DNA of 58,096 nucleotides, the filler included, from Ionaspis alba (taxonomy: Eukaryota): the NCBI GenBank assembly GCA_964255285.1. It is 4 parts of 4 records of this genome, joined end to end, with 100 filler letters (N's around TTAATTAATTAA, not from the genome) between each part and the next. Parts side by side here need not be neighbours in the genome. Positions count along the whole stretch, not along the records: positions 14,598 to 29,076 come from CAXUUL010000419.1; positions 29,177 to 43,594 come from CAXUUL010000420.1; 2 more parts are not named here. One strand, 5' to 3'. Made by a program: the position numbers and the translations under genes. The notes under the pieces were generated by a model. That model searched no databases, was not told the DNA's origin, and saw only the letters and a program-made list of their open reading frames with translations. This document shows positions 25,387 through 38,750 of this stretch, one piece after another. Position 1 is the first letter of the stretch. The number at the start of each line of letters is the position of its first letter.

Positions 25387-25753
25387 GACTCAAATTAAGG
25401 GTGGCGTGGCTAATTTTGCCTATCATTTACTGAGGGCTGGCGCGCAGGGCGCGCAGGACGCGAGCGGAGCTTCGGTTGAGCAATCAAAATGTTTGTCCTC
25501 TTTGCATCAACCGCTCCCCTTCCTCCTCTCTACCTACCACACGAGTATATGAAACCACGTCATCGTGTAAGGTTGATCAAGGCGCGTATTTGGAACACGT
25601 CCGGCTCCTTCTCTTCGAAAGACTCTTGCCGACTTCATGCCCTCCCATGCTGTCCCATTGCCATCGTGAAGCACCGTTCACCTCGCACATCATGCCTATA
25701 CTACTAGCATCCCTGTTCCTGGAAGTTCTATATATTTCATGAATCGACATTAG

Positions 25754-28700
25754 ATGGCGAGGGTCATTGTAGATCTTGAAGATGGGTTCGAGCAAGAGGT
25801 GGAGAGACTCGAGGTACACAGTCGGCCCCGCAACCTTGATCTGAAAGAGCTTCGCGACGCGGCATCCAGAGCGCAGGAGGCGGCTGTCCGACTAAATGCT
25901 CAAACAAGGGCTCATCAATTCGCGAACAAGGAGCCTCCCAGATCGCGTGTTTCAGCACCTCACCTGGGCCCTTTGACTCCTGAAGACTCGAGTGAGGAAG
26001 TATCTTTCAACAATATTACGGACAAACGGGTCACTATCCCTCCAAGACCGACCAGGAATTTGGCACCTCATACAAATATAAATCAAACGTTGCAGAGCTC
26101 TTCTGGGTCACCAGTTGGTTCTCCAGTCTTGAACGAGAATGGTAAACGCCCTAGGCAAAAGGCATCTGCAAGCTCACATGCTGGAAATTTGAGCCACCTG
26201 AGTCCTGCCAGTAGCGATTACAAACGGCGAAAAGGGAGACCGCCAGGATCTGTGAACAAGCCGAAGCCAGAAACATACCAATACCTGTCGCCTGGAGAAA
26301 GAATATATAGTCTCTCTCCAACTCGTGGATTGGTGGATATCTCGGTCTCTCGGGTCCTTAGGGACTCGCAAGCGCAAGCCTCTACAGCCAATATAAGCCA
26401 CAATCGACTACCTCGCCAGGAACGAAAAGATCCACGGCTTTCTCATGATTCGCAACCGAAACTCTACAATTTCGACCACTATGTCGTACAGTCCGGTTCT
26501 CAGATGTCGATCGACAAATCCGGTATGGCCAGCATCGTCCAACGGCCACGCTTTCGGCCCCGCGAAGATTTTGAGTTCTTATTCGTATCAGAAATTGAGC
26601 CTCTGATACGACAGGCTATGAGACAGTATCAGGAAGATCTCCCCGGGAAAATCGTTTTATCGACGGGTGAAAAGGTGAGCAAAACGCAGCCTGACTTGAA
26701 AGAGATCCTCTTTATCCTTAAGTAAATCCACTAACACATGATAGTGCGCAGAACAGATTGTCAACTCCAATCTACGAAATATTTCAAATGCTGGAGGGCA
26801 GCTTGACGAAGCATGGCGAAGTATTATCATCGATATGGCGCATCGTATGTTGCAGCGGAAATTGTACGAATTCGAGAAAAGAAAGGCGAGCAAGACGACT
26901 AAAAATGTCACACAATCTGAGAATCTTCGGCTTGAAAGCCCGAACATGTCGCTATTGGGTCCTGGTCAGATATCCTTGATAACAAAAGGAAACCACAAAC
27001 TTCGCACGGATAACCATACCGACGTGTCTACAATCGAGCATGTCAGAAATTCCCCAGACCAACGTACTTCTGCAAAGCTTCCAGCAGCGCAACCGTTGAG
27101 TAATCAGCCAACGCTAGATCCGCAAACTCGTACCCTAAGCCGTCAAAATCATCCTAGAAAAACTCACTCAATTGCCTCGACGCTACGACATAGAGAACTT
27201 GGCTTCCAAAACAGGCCGGGATCTAACTCACGTCCCCGAGGTACCGTCCAATCCCTGCGATCACACATCTCTGAGAGACTGAGGTGCTGGAGAAATTGGA
27301 CAGGGGCTTCTAAAGACGTTGTTGCAGCGTCCTGGGCTCCTGACGGAAACATGTTCGGCATCGGAGCATCGACAGACCTTGATGACCTTAACATTCAATA
27401 CAATCGTGGTAACAACCTGCTCTTTGGGAACCTGGAGACGAACAGTGTCACTGAAATACCAGACCATTGGATCCCGAGGCCGAGACCGGAGTTGATAAGT
27501 CATGGCCCGAATGCGCTTGAGGACACGTACAACGCCGTGGATCCATGCTTATACACCACAGTCTCACACGTGTGTTTTTCAGAGGATAGCTCTCAGATGT
27601 ATACTTCTAGCTTCGACAAGACAATCAAGGTCTGGGATTTGAAACAGACGACCCGACCGAAATGCACCCAGACATTCGAACATGAAGCCAACGTCGAAGT
27701 AATGACTCTGTCGAGTAAACTGCCCGACCTACTTGCGAGCGGTCAACGCATTTTTGAGAATTCTATCAGAGTCTACGATCTCCAGTCGCTCGACTACAAG
27801 GACGATAATATGCCAGTCAGTCCAATGATTTCGCTGTCATCGACGCGTGCGAAGAGGTTCGAACTTTCTCCAACTTGTCTACAATGGGGTACCACCACCT
27901 GGACCAGGAACCTCCTTCTAGCGGGCTTTGCAGAGGCCAAACATGATGAACTGAATACAAATCGTGAAGGCGACCTCTGCCTTTGGGATGTGGAGACCTC
28001 GAAATCATTCAAGCTTTCACCCTCTGCCCACAGTGTGTTCGATATCTGCTGGCATCCAACCCTTCCCCTCTTTGCCGCCGCTACAGCACCAGGCTCTCGC
28101 AACTACCTAACAGACCGCCACAACACACGCTCCGTGATCCGCACCTACCGACCACTCGAGGCAGCCAGCCGAATAGTGGAGTACGAATGCCCCGCCCTCG
28201 ACATCAACGATGTGCGGTTCCATCCCAGGGATGATCATTACATCTCTGCTAGCTGCACAAACAATACTACGTACATCTGGGACGTGCGGTCTCCTGAAAC
28301 AATCTTACACACTCTTCGCCATGGCCCTGCAATCGACACTCTAGATGAGACTCGCTCTGCCGAAAGCCAAGATACTGGCGTGCGTTTTACAGCTTGGGAT
28401 CAGGCCGGTGCAATCCTCTATACTGGCTCCTCAGACGGTGTGATCAAAAGTTGGGACATCTTCCGAAACCCTGACGACGTCTTAGTGCGCGATATCGCGT
28501 GCTTCGACTCCGGCATTATGACTGCAGCTTTCTCACCAGATTACACTAATCTGCTTGTTGGACTCTCGAAAGGAGCAGTACAAATCCTGTCGACGGCGCC
28601 TTGGACCCATCCGTCATCTGATGACGGTGACCACGATGCAGCTCACGATACACCCTCGGCACCCTACGAGACTATAAAGCATATTCACGCATCCGTTGAC

Positions 28701-29076
28701 ACCTCAACATCTTTCAATGATACCGGCCCCAACGCCGAGACTGGTTCCTCCATCGCTTCCTCTCTGCTCGCCTCTGGCCAGTTGACTCTTCATCCCACCT
28801 TGGGTGTCGGAAAAGGTCCAAATTACAATGGCCCATGGGCCCTCGATCTGACCAGCGAAGCTTCCGACCGTCGGAGAGTTGCGGATGCCAATCCTCGGTC
28901 GACCGAGCTGGTACCCGATGTGCGGGCACAGCAACTGGATCGTAAGGAGAGGAAGAAAGGACGGAAGGCAGGAGGTAGAGTAAGTGGAGAGGAGGTGAGA
29001 AGATATAGAGAGGCGGAGCGTGTGGCCGGAGAAAGGAATGTAGGCTTCATGGCTGAGGTGAAGAGGGAGAGGAGAA
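25754..29076 (+). CDS. WD40 DCAF protein, DIM-9/Raf1(Dos1)-like heterochromatin factor; 3' partial
   Basis: Intron at about 26674-26743. WTGASKDVVAASWAPDG..QYNRGNNLL..EIPDHWIPRP..DPCLYTTV..YECPALDIND..DTGVRFTAW..TGSSDGVIKSWD are motifs I recall from Rik1-associated factor 1/DIM-9 homologues. Cut by the linker. Confidence 0.75.
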
Positions 29077-29176
29077 NNNNNNNNNNNNNNNNNNNNNNNN
29101 NNNNNNNNNNNNNNNNNNNNTTAATTAATTAANNNNNNNNNNNNNNNNNNNNNNNNNNNNNNNNNNNNNNNNNNNN
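29077..29176. other. Artificial scaffold linker
   Basis: N44-TTAATTAATTAA-N44. Confidence 0.97.
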
Positions 29177-31741
29177 CGACATCAAGCTCAATCCTTCAGG
29201 ACGGCGAAATGGTGAACAAGTCGGAAGCATCAACAGTAATGGGTGATCAGAACAAGGATACTGATACCACTGCCATAATACCTGACGATGCATTTCCTGA
29301 TAATGAAGACGACATTGATCAAGAGGCGTTTCTAGCCGAGGACACTGCTGCAGAATTGACGCAGCAGCGTGAACTTCGATACGAGATTACACATTGGTCA
29401 TATCATCTGAAAAAAGCTGAGACTCTCTGGACTAAGGAGGAAAGGGAAGCTAGCGAGGCTTGGGCCGAGCTATGGCAGTTGCTCGAAAGCTTTATATATG
29501 ATACTCCAAAGGCTTTCCAGATATGGCAGAAACTACGCTTCGGCTTATCAGATCCCGACTTATACGAGCCGCTGCACATTGCAGTCATGTTTGGACTGAC
29601 AAGCTTGGCGGAGCGTTTGATAAAGCGAGGAGAAGATGTGTCGAAGGCGACTCGAGACACTGAACCGCCCCTATCCTTTGCCTCAGGAGAAGACATTGAT
29701 TTGCTGAGGTTGATGCTGGAGAATGGAGCCGATCCAAACCAAACTGGTGTTTCGACGCCATTTAATTGGATACAATATCGTACTCCGGATATTGAGACGA
29801 TTCAGTTGTTCATCACGTATGGTGGGAGTTCCAAAATCAAAGATTCATTGGGTAACACCGGTCTTCATTACTTCGCAGCTACGGGTTCGGATCCGAACAT
29901 CCTAGATCTACTTATAGGGAATGGGGCCGATGTAAATGCAAGAGATAGTGAAGGGGAGAGTCCTCTTCATTGGTTAGTGCGAAGAAGCGACATTCCACTC
30001 GAGCTTCTGAAGGCTTTATTAGATGCAGGAGCTGCAGTCAACATTGAGGACAACGAATCTCAAAGTAAGTACATAGAGACACTAAGAACGATAATCAACT
30101 AATGAGCTTAGTGCCTTTGTATGAAGTCTCGACCGAGGGCAATGTCGAAGCTGCTAAGATACTTCTTGATTACTGTGCTGATTTGCATGACGACGTAGTA
30201 AGGGGCATTTTGTACTTTGGCTTAATCGAATCAACTAATGACAGTGGATGGCAGATACACGGCATGACCGCTCTACACGCAGCAGCATATTATGGGCATT
30301 CGGACGTCGTCAAGCTTTTTATAGAACGTGGTGCTTCGATCAACAAGCTGGATAAGAAAGGGCGAACTCCTTTCTTCCTTGCGTGTCAAGGTGGTCACAC
30401 CGAGACGGCTCGATACCTGCTGGATGTTTTGCAGGGTGATGAGGCTGATAAGCTCAACATGGCGAGCAATGATGGCAAGACTCCGCTGAGAAAAGCTTCT
30501 ACTAGGGGCAAACTGGAAATTGTAAAACTACTTTTGGAGAGGATCGACTCGACCTCGGCAATAAATGCAAAAGACTCTACATTACAGCAAACTCCTCTGC
30601 ATTTGGCTGCCTATAACGGACACAAGGATGTGGTAGAGATCTTACTCGACGCCGGTGCAGATACCAGATCAAGAGATAAGTCTGGAAGGACTCCTGTTGA
30701 CATGTGCAGCCAAGGGTGGGCCAAAAGCAGTGCAGAGAATGCAGAGGCAACCCTCATTCTCTTGCTTGATAAGGACTGTGAAGCGGTGACAGATCTGAGT
30801 GGTCTTCTTTGCACAGCGGCAGTCAAGGGAAACACGAAAGTGATCGAGAAACTGATAGGACTAGGAGCGGACCCAAATTTGAAAGACGAACATGGCTGGA
30901 CGCCTTTGTTGCTTGCGAGGCAGTACCAAAACAAAGAAGCCACCGATATACTTTCTAGAAATGACCCCGTCATCAAGACGAAACCGAGTAGGTGGAGTAG
31001 CTCAATAACGACGGTCAAGATTTCTGAAGATGGTTTGGGAATCGAGTATAGTGGCAAAGGTAAGCCATCTCCGATCCTGCGTCTGTTTGCTGCCCGAGTC
31101 TATTGGATTTTAACTATGAAACAGAGACACGGATTAGTGTAATGAGTAGCCACCCTATTCCGGCAGGTGTCGTGAGATACTATTTTGAAATCGAGATCCT
31201 TGCAGGCAGCGCCTCAATCGAAGGACCGTAAGTCGAACGATCACTCCGTGATACTTCTCAGGCAGCCATTCACCACTAATGCCAATTGAAGTGTTCAAGG
31301 AATTGGTCTTAGCAGCTCCCCAGCCAAGCTTGACCAACTACCCGGTCACTACAATACTGGTGCACGCACATGGGGATATCATGGCGACGACGCCAATATT
31401 TTCGACAATTCCACGTACGCACGTCAATGCGCCGTACGAGGGCGGAACTTACGGCCCTGGAGATGTGATTGGTTGCGGGATTGATTTTGAGAAGGGAACA
31501 ATATTCTACACTCACAATCAGAAGAAATATCGTAGGTTTTCCTAGCTCCTTGAGCCTAATCGCTTTCACTTACTGAATCCATCTAGGCATTGCATTCGAA
31601 AATGTTGCGGGACGGTTACACCCAATTGTAGGATTCTACGATGCGGTGACCATTCATGCGAACTTTGGGAACGATTTAGGGAGATTTCCTTTCAAGTGGG
31701 GTCCAGGAAACACCTGCGATTTCGACTCCAATTATGACTGA
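29177..31741 (+). CDS. Ankyrin-repeat + SPRY protein (probable C-terminal half of a NACHT-ANK-SPRY NLR-like gene); 5' partial, apparent frameshift in SPRY
   Basis: YEITHWSYHL..PLHIAVMFGL linker; many G-x-T-P/A-L-H ankyrin repeats; SPRY motifs YYFEIEI, WGYHGDD, YGPGDVIGCG, IFYTHN, LHPIVG and ANFG. The frame changes at about 31410-31422. Confidence 0.85.
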
Positions 31742-32544
31742 CAGTCGGGAGACCGGTCGTGGCGTGAATGGTAGCGGCAATTGACTCAAAGATGGTGGTT
31801 TACTCCGATCGCTACGTCAGGCGTTCACTATAAGTTTAGATAGGAAGCATTGGAACGGTAACACAATTCTAGAGACAAGGATAGGGGTCTGAGTATTTCA
31901 AGGCCACCGGTAATTTGAATGCTCCTTCCACTGCTTCAAATCCAGCAACCATAGGTTTAGTTATACCCTCCTAAGCAGATGTTGAAGGACGTTTCAATAT
32001 CGGCGTAGCTGGGGTAAACTAAGCAAATTTGAAGTGCCTCCCCACCCAAGCATGTGAAAGGCGGGTTGCTATTGGAGCGTTCATCCATTACCAAAATGTG
32101 CAACCGCATAGTTTCACTATTCTGGACCATATTACAACGGGTCAATAACCACATTCAGGCTTCAATACTACCCAATCTCCGGAGAATGCTACTAGCATCT
32201 CACTGCTTAAACATGAATCATCTATGCTTGAGGTTAACTTTCCCGAGGAAAGGAGCATTCTCGGGCGAATGGAGACTTAACCACTCACATGAGCCATGTC
32301 AATATCTGTTGAGATCCAAAGGCTTTCTTCGCCAGCATGTCATGGACTATAAGAGGTCACAAGCATACCACAAGTAGTACTGACCACTCTATATTTTGTC
32401 AAGATAAATGCTATTTCTCCCTACCAAATCTCACTTTGACTCTGATCGGAGCAGTCCTCCTCTTCCTAATCCTTACGATTGTCGAGACAGGTCTTACCAA
32501 AGCATTCCATCGATAATAGAATCGGAAAGCTATTTCTCTTCAAG

Positions 32545-33693
32545 ATGAATCAACTAGTACCACCTCCCAACACGAGGCTTCTCTTATCTCCTCTCCTCGC
32601 CTGCTTACCCACTGCCGTTGCGTCTCCTCGACCACCACCCGCTTTATTGCCTCTACTATCTCCTATACTACGGCAACGTGTTCAACTGCTTTCGGCCTCA
32701 ACAACTTCCGAATCTGAGTCATGGCTACGTCTGTTGTGCTGGGACCCGGATCAAGCTTCCAAAATCGCAAAGATCATTGAGAGCGAGGCCTTTGAACCAC
32801 ATCCCGTGTCAGGGGAGGTCGAGGTTGGCGATGTCAGCACTGGGAATTACCGTCGGCTGGATGAGGAAACATTACAATGCAAGATAGAAATCTATGATCT
32901 CGGGCTCGTCATCATCTTTCTGTGGTGCGAAGGTGACCACGAAGGGGGTGGGAGCGGATGGCGTGTCTCCGAAGTCATTCCATCTCCGTTAACAACGCCA
33001 GGAGAACAATTTCCGTGGTGGGGAACCATTGTCGAGGCAATAGAAAATTTTCAGGAACCATCTAGAGCAACCACCAGCCAAGAAAGAAGTGTGCCTCTAG
33101 GCGCGAACGCGTTAAAGGTTGAGGAAGATGACGACGATGACGACTACTGGGCGCAGTACGACAACACACCAGCCAGGACGCCAGCAGCAAAACGGTCTCC
33201 CGCACCCACTGTCCCAAATGGAGTTTCTCGTGGCTCTGGTCGTGCGAGAACTACATCCGAAGCTGAATACTTTGCACAGTACGCTCAAGTACAGCCTGCG
33301 TTAGACAACGATGATCCTTCAGGAGAACGACCGGATCCTGGACAGTGGTCCCTGGATGGTAATGTAATCAATGATTCAATAACGTTGCCTCGGAGGCAGA
33401 CTTTTAACTCGAATTCGACTCTTGAACCTCCAAGTGAGGGCAGTCTTCAAGCTTCAGCGGAGTCCATCATCCACACCAGGCCCTCCTCTTCTTCGTCATC
33501 ATCGGGAGTAGTGACTAGGCTCGAGGACTCAGCTGCAAGTCGCTCTCATGCAGAAGTAGCTGTGCAGCAGCATATTAGTACCAGTATGAAGAGCATGTTC
33601 CGCCTAGCTCGAAATACGGGTATGGAGAGGGAGGAATTTGAGAGACTTGTCCGGACCGAACTTGACACGTTGAGCATGATGGAGGAAGATTGA
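32545..33693 (+). CDS. Hypothetical protein, probably conserved in filamentous fungi
   Basis: Long intronless ORF with LLACLPTA..SPRPPPALLPLLSPILRQR, SWLRLLCWD, DDDDDYWAQYD and a helical C-terminus (KSMFRLAR..REEFERLV). Confidence 0.85.
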   Translation: MNQLVPPPNTRLLLSPLLACLPTAVASPRPPPALLPLLSPILRQRVQLLSASTTSESESWLRLLCWDPDQASKIAKIIESEAFEPHPVSGEVEVGDVSTGNYRRLDEETLQCKIEIYDLGLVIIFLWCEGDHEGGGSGWRVSEVIPSPLTTPGEQFPWWGTIVEAIENFQEPSRATTSQERSVPLGANALKVEEDDDDDDYWAQYDNTPARTPAAKRSPAPTVPNGVSRGSGRARTTSEAEYFAQYAQVQPALDNDDPSGERPDPGQWSLDGNVINDSITLPRRQTFNSNSTLEPPSEGSLQASAESIIHTRPSSSSSSSGVVTRLEDSAASRSHAEVAVQQHISTSMKSMFRLARNTGMEREEFERLVRTELDTLSMMEED

Positions 33694-34235
33694 TTTGAGA
33701 AGAAACCATGCATCACAAGATATTCGTCAAGTGGCGCGAATCTTTGCATACATGTATATATTCAAAGTTCCGCCCGGAAACCAATTGTTGCATCCTGGAA
33801 TCAGCACAAAACTCGCTCGACATCTTCTCGCATGACTGATAACATCTATGTGAGTAGTGTCCATTGCTCAAGTGTGAACAGTAGACTTGTGAGTCGAGTT
33901 CGCCACAAGACTCACGAGTAATAAAGCCTCCTTCAGACACAACTAACTCAACAACTGAAACATGGGTGATCTGATACGATATGGCCAGCACCGTAGACTC
34001 TATCTGGACTAGCGTGGTGTGATCCCAGTACGTCAGCCAGCATGAAACGACCTTCACATTTGCCCATACAACTTTGGCTGTCAATGTCTGTATGATCCCT
34101 CGACGACTTCTAGGTCTCACGAAGTCATGAGCAGCTCTAAATGCCTTTGAAGTCATATCAGCTTGGCCATCCATACTGGACCAGACGATCACATGAGATC
34201 CCCGACATTCTGTGACCTCCTTGTGTCTTCTCATC

Positions 34236-37200
34236 ATGGTCTTCCTCTCGATATGCACTGCTCTGTATGATTATGTTCCTCAAGGCGAGGGTGAACTGCC
34301 GATACAAGAAGGGGAAATAATTTACATACTCGAGAAGACTGGTGAGGATGATTGGTGGAAAGCGAAGAAGAAGGCCCCAGGCGAGGGAGAGGAAGAACCA
34401 GTTGGTTTAATTCCGTATAATTATGTTGAAGAGGTAAGAACAAGACTGCGACATCAGAGCGCTATCATGGAATACGCACCATATGGCCTAAGAACTGGTA
34501 CCTTGCACCTGCAGGAAGTACTGAGCGTCGCTGGGTGCTGGTTGCCGCAAAAGGGCTAACCGGACTCTCTTTTGTAGGCTCAACCTACGCATAGCGCTAA
34601 GGCGCTGTACGACTATGCTCGACAGTCAGAGGAAGAGCTTTCTTTCTCGGAAGACGCTGTTCTCGCGGTATATGATACTTCCGATCCCGATTGGACGTTG
34701 GTGGGACTCAATGGTGAATATGGGTTTGCGCCTGCAAATTACATCGAAATTACGCAAGAGCTTGAGGCATCGTCTCCTTCGTCAGCGAAATCATCTCGGC
34801 CAGCAGCACCGGAAGCAGAGCCAGAACTTCCACTTACACCAACCTCTGCTACAAGTCCACGAAGTCCCGCTGCTGCGTTAGCCGGTATTATTCACAACCA
34901 AGCTGTCGCAGCATCGGCGGCACCAAGCCAACCCACAACATCCGTCTCGAGTCCCCCCGCGCAAAAACTGCAATACACACCAGAAGCTTCCGACGAGGAC
35001 CGGTCCACTCCACCCCCTCCTGCCCTTCCCCAGCGGAGTCCCTCTGAAAGGATAGTTTCTGCAACACCTCAATCTATCGGACCTAGAAGCCCTGAGGTTA
35101 GTGGAGTACTTGAGTCTCCACCCTACAGCAGAGTCTCTTCAGGCCACCATGATCTCGACAAAGGACAACCATCTCCTGGTGGGTTCCACCTTTATAACAT
35201 AAATGAGATGGTCTCCGCGATGGGAAAACAAAAGAAGATGCCTACCACCCTTGGCATCAATCTTGCCACTGGGAATATTATGATTGCTCCGGAGAAGTCG
35301 CGGGATGGCCCGGAGCAGCAGTGGACCGCAGAGAAACTGACCCACTATTCTATTGAAGGCAAGCACATTTTCATGGAACTGGTACGACCAAGTAAGAGTG
35401 TCGATTTTCATGCGGGTGCGAAAGATACTGCAAATGAAATTCTTTCAGCGCTGGGCGAGTTGGCCGGCGCTGCAAGGGCTGAAGGTTTACGAGAGGTTAT
35501 TGCAGCTGGCTCTGGTTCTCGGAAACAACAACGGAAAGGCCAAATACTGTACGACTTCATGGCCCAAGGGGATGACGAGGTTACTGTGGCAGTTGGCGAC
35601 GACGTGATAATTGTCGATGATTCTAAAAGCGAGGAATGGTGGATGGTACGAAGACTCAAAAACGGCAAAGAAGGGGTCGTTCCTAGCAGTTATGTTGAAT
35701 TGACCGGTTTTGCTTCACCAGTCTCGACCAGCACATCTGGACTGAACGCCGGACGGTCAACGGTAGAGCAGAATCGACTTGAGGAAGAACGACTGACAAA
35801 GGAGGCATTGAAGTCCTCGAAGAGAAGAGCGAGTACTGATGGAAAGGGCTCAGAGGTAGGCCCGGGCATGAGACTACCCAAAAGAGGCAGCAGCTTGATG
35901 GGAGCACAAGATGATAACAAGACGTCTTCACAGCGAAGCAAACGAGACAGCCGAGTCGACGGAAAAACCTCCTCCACCAAGTCGAGTAAGTTGACTAAGG
36001 AATGGTTAGGTCTGATTTTGTACTAATGCATATCAGAACCCGACGCTTCAAAGACGCGGACCTGGACTGATCGATCCGGCTCTTTCAAAGTCGATGCACA
36101 ATTTATTGGTTTGAAGGACGGGAAGATTCACCTGCATAAACTAAATGGAGTTAAGATCGCAGTTCCTGTCGTCAAAATGGCCATCGAAGACCTCGAGTAC
36201 GTTGAGCGTGAAACCGGCGTCTCACTTGACGAAGACAAGCCACTCTCCGATATCAAAAGAAGAAGTCAAAAGGCAGCAAATGGCGATGCTCGGAAGAGCG
36301 CTCAGGCTTCATCGTCAGCTCCAAAGGCAGGAGCTTCTGTTCAGCAGCCGAAAAAGCCGGACTATGACTGGTTTGATTTCTTTCTGAAGTGTGGTGTAAG
36401 TCCGCATCAATGCGAGAGATACAGCTTCAATTTCAACCGAGATTCCATGGACGAGAGCGTTCTAGCTGAGACTACGCCAGCGGTGCTACGGACCCTTGGA
36501 TTGAAAGAAGGAGACATACTCCGGGTAATGAAATTCCTTGACAACAAGTATGGCCGCACTGTAGCGAAGTCTAAATTACGGAACGTGAGCTTCGGAGGAG
36601 AGGAAGTAATCGGTAGCGAGGACGGTGGAGATAATGGTGTCACTTCTCCTGGAGGTGGGCTATTTTCTGGACCTGGTGGGACTTTAAAGAACAATACACG
36701 GAAAGGACGTCCAGCTCCAACAGTTCAAGTGAATGACACTGTTGACCCAAATGCTTTCCAGCGGAAGAGTAAAGAAAAAGCATCCACATCGGAGTCCTCC
36801 GATCGAACCAGGACGCCACTTGCCTCTGCCCCGAAGCCCATCACAAAAACAGCGGACGGATTCGACGACGACGCGTGGGATGTGAAGCCCAGCAAGCAGT
36901 CGACGACTACCTCTTCTCAACCAGTTTCTGTACCAGAAACGAAGTCTTCTATGCCTTCACAGCCCGCACTCACCGGTTCGATGGCAGATCTTTCTCTACT
37001 TTCCGAGCCTTTGCAGCCCACCGTAGTGCATAATACTGGCATCCCCCAAGCACCTCAAAACCAACCAGCTCTTCAACCGCCACAGCAAGGTGTACCTCAG
37101 CAGCAGCCTACGCAATACGCGCAGCAGCAGCAGCAACTTCAGCAGCAACCCACTGGAGCTTCTCCAGCCCTGTTCGCGCAACTCGGTTCAATGCCAAGTG

Positions 37201-38174
37201 GACCGCAGCAAGTGCAAAACTTTCCTAACCAAGCGCCTTCGTTGCAATCGTTTAATTCGGTGCAAGGTGGCCCGACCCAATCTGCGTTCCAGCTCAATCC
37301 AGCGCCAAGACAAAGACCTGCACCTCCACAAATAAACCAACAAGGATCGCTGATGCCTCCCCCACCACCAAGGCCATTATCAGCACCTCAAAATGTGTCG
37401 CTACAAAACAACTTTGGACCGCCACCGTTGCAACCTCAACTGACTGGCATTCCAAACCAAAGCGGGTTTCAGAACCAAATATCGTCGCCTGGACAAACAT
37501 TGAATGACCTTCAGAATATGCGATTACAACAGCAATTCAATCAGCAGCAGATGCAGATGCAGCCTCAATTCACAAGTAACGGGCCTCAGAACCAGATCCC
37601 CAGCCAGTTTGCTGGTGGTTTTCAACAGCAGCCGACCATTTATGGACAACAAGCTCAGCTCCAACCACAGGTAACCGGCTTTCAGCAATCTCCCATGTAT
37701 CTCAACGGTCAGCAGAATGGGAGCCCTTTCGCAGATCCTCGATCGCCCGTCCAATCGGGTGGGTACCAGCCTCTATCTGCCAGTTTGTCTGGATATCCTC
37801 CGACCTTCTCCAATCCTCTTCTCCCACAGTCCACGGGCACCATCAACTCTGTCTTGTCTCCCGCTCTGCAACCCCAGCAAACTGGCGTGAATGGATTCGG
37901 CAGGCCCGGCTTCGGCCAACCGCAACCCACACCACCCATGCCTCCTATGCCATCTATGCCTCAACAACAGACACTCGCTCCCCTTCAGCCACAGAAGACG
38001 GGGCCGGCACCGCCGGTGAGGTTTGGAGTCACGAACGAACCGAGGAAGCTGGTGCCTCAACCAACAGGGCGAGCCAACTTATCCAAAGCGAGTAAGTCAT
38101 ATCTGATTCGTTTGAGCCGTGAGAAACAATGAGCTAATTCTTGCCCAGCTCCACAAAATCCATTCGGCTTTTAG
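34236..38174 (+). CDS. SLA1: Actin cytoskeleton-regulatory complex protein Sla1
   Basis: Three SH3 domains (ALYDY..., LYDF), SHD1 (RTWTDRSGSFKVDAQF..IHLHKLNGVKIAVP), SHD2 (YDWFDFFL), QPTG repeats and a terminal PQNPFGF*. Four exons. Confidence 0.97.
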
Positions 38175-38750
38175 CTGGATGGTACCAGCGGAGTTAGAAC
38201 TCGTTGAGCACGACGTGTAATGCAGACAGATGCGCCTGTGATGTATATAGTATATATTTTACCCTGGACATTTAATGGTCGGCGGCATTCCAGGCGCAGA
38301 ATGAAGGGATTAGATTGAGTGGTCTGGGTGTTGGGCTCTTCAACGCCACGAGTCCAAGTCTAGTCTTGCGAGCTCATGCCGCATCACCGAAGAATGTTAC
38401 TTTTCTCGATGAAAAACTTAACCGTCGAGCGGACAACGATATCACGTGCCAGCTTGTGATGACCATGCTTGAGTGCGGCTTAGCTATATTTGTGGCTGCT
38501 TATGCAGTTTGACGTAATGAAGCAGGCACTCGGCGTGTGGTAACGCTAACCGTGTGTAAGCTGTTAATCAGCGCCGACCAATCCTAAGTCCATTCTTTGT
38601 CAGTCTGCTAGATTGGAACATCCAAGGGCAAGCTTTAGTCAAGAAGCGATAATGCTACGGTAATACCTCCCAGCTATATAACATGCCTTCGCTACAACGG
38701 AAGAATCTTCCAGCCACTTTCCTCTGCCTATAAAGCCAGCCTCGAAGCCC

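Noticed and set aside
25232..25441. Perfect 55-bp direct repeat flanking an N gap
   Set aside because: The length equals a common assembler k-mer and both copies abut the gap. It is most likely an overlap artefact, not an LTR or target-site duplication.
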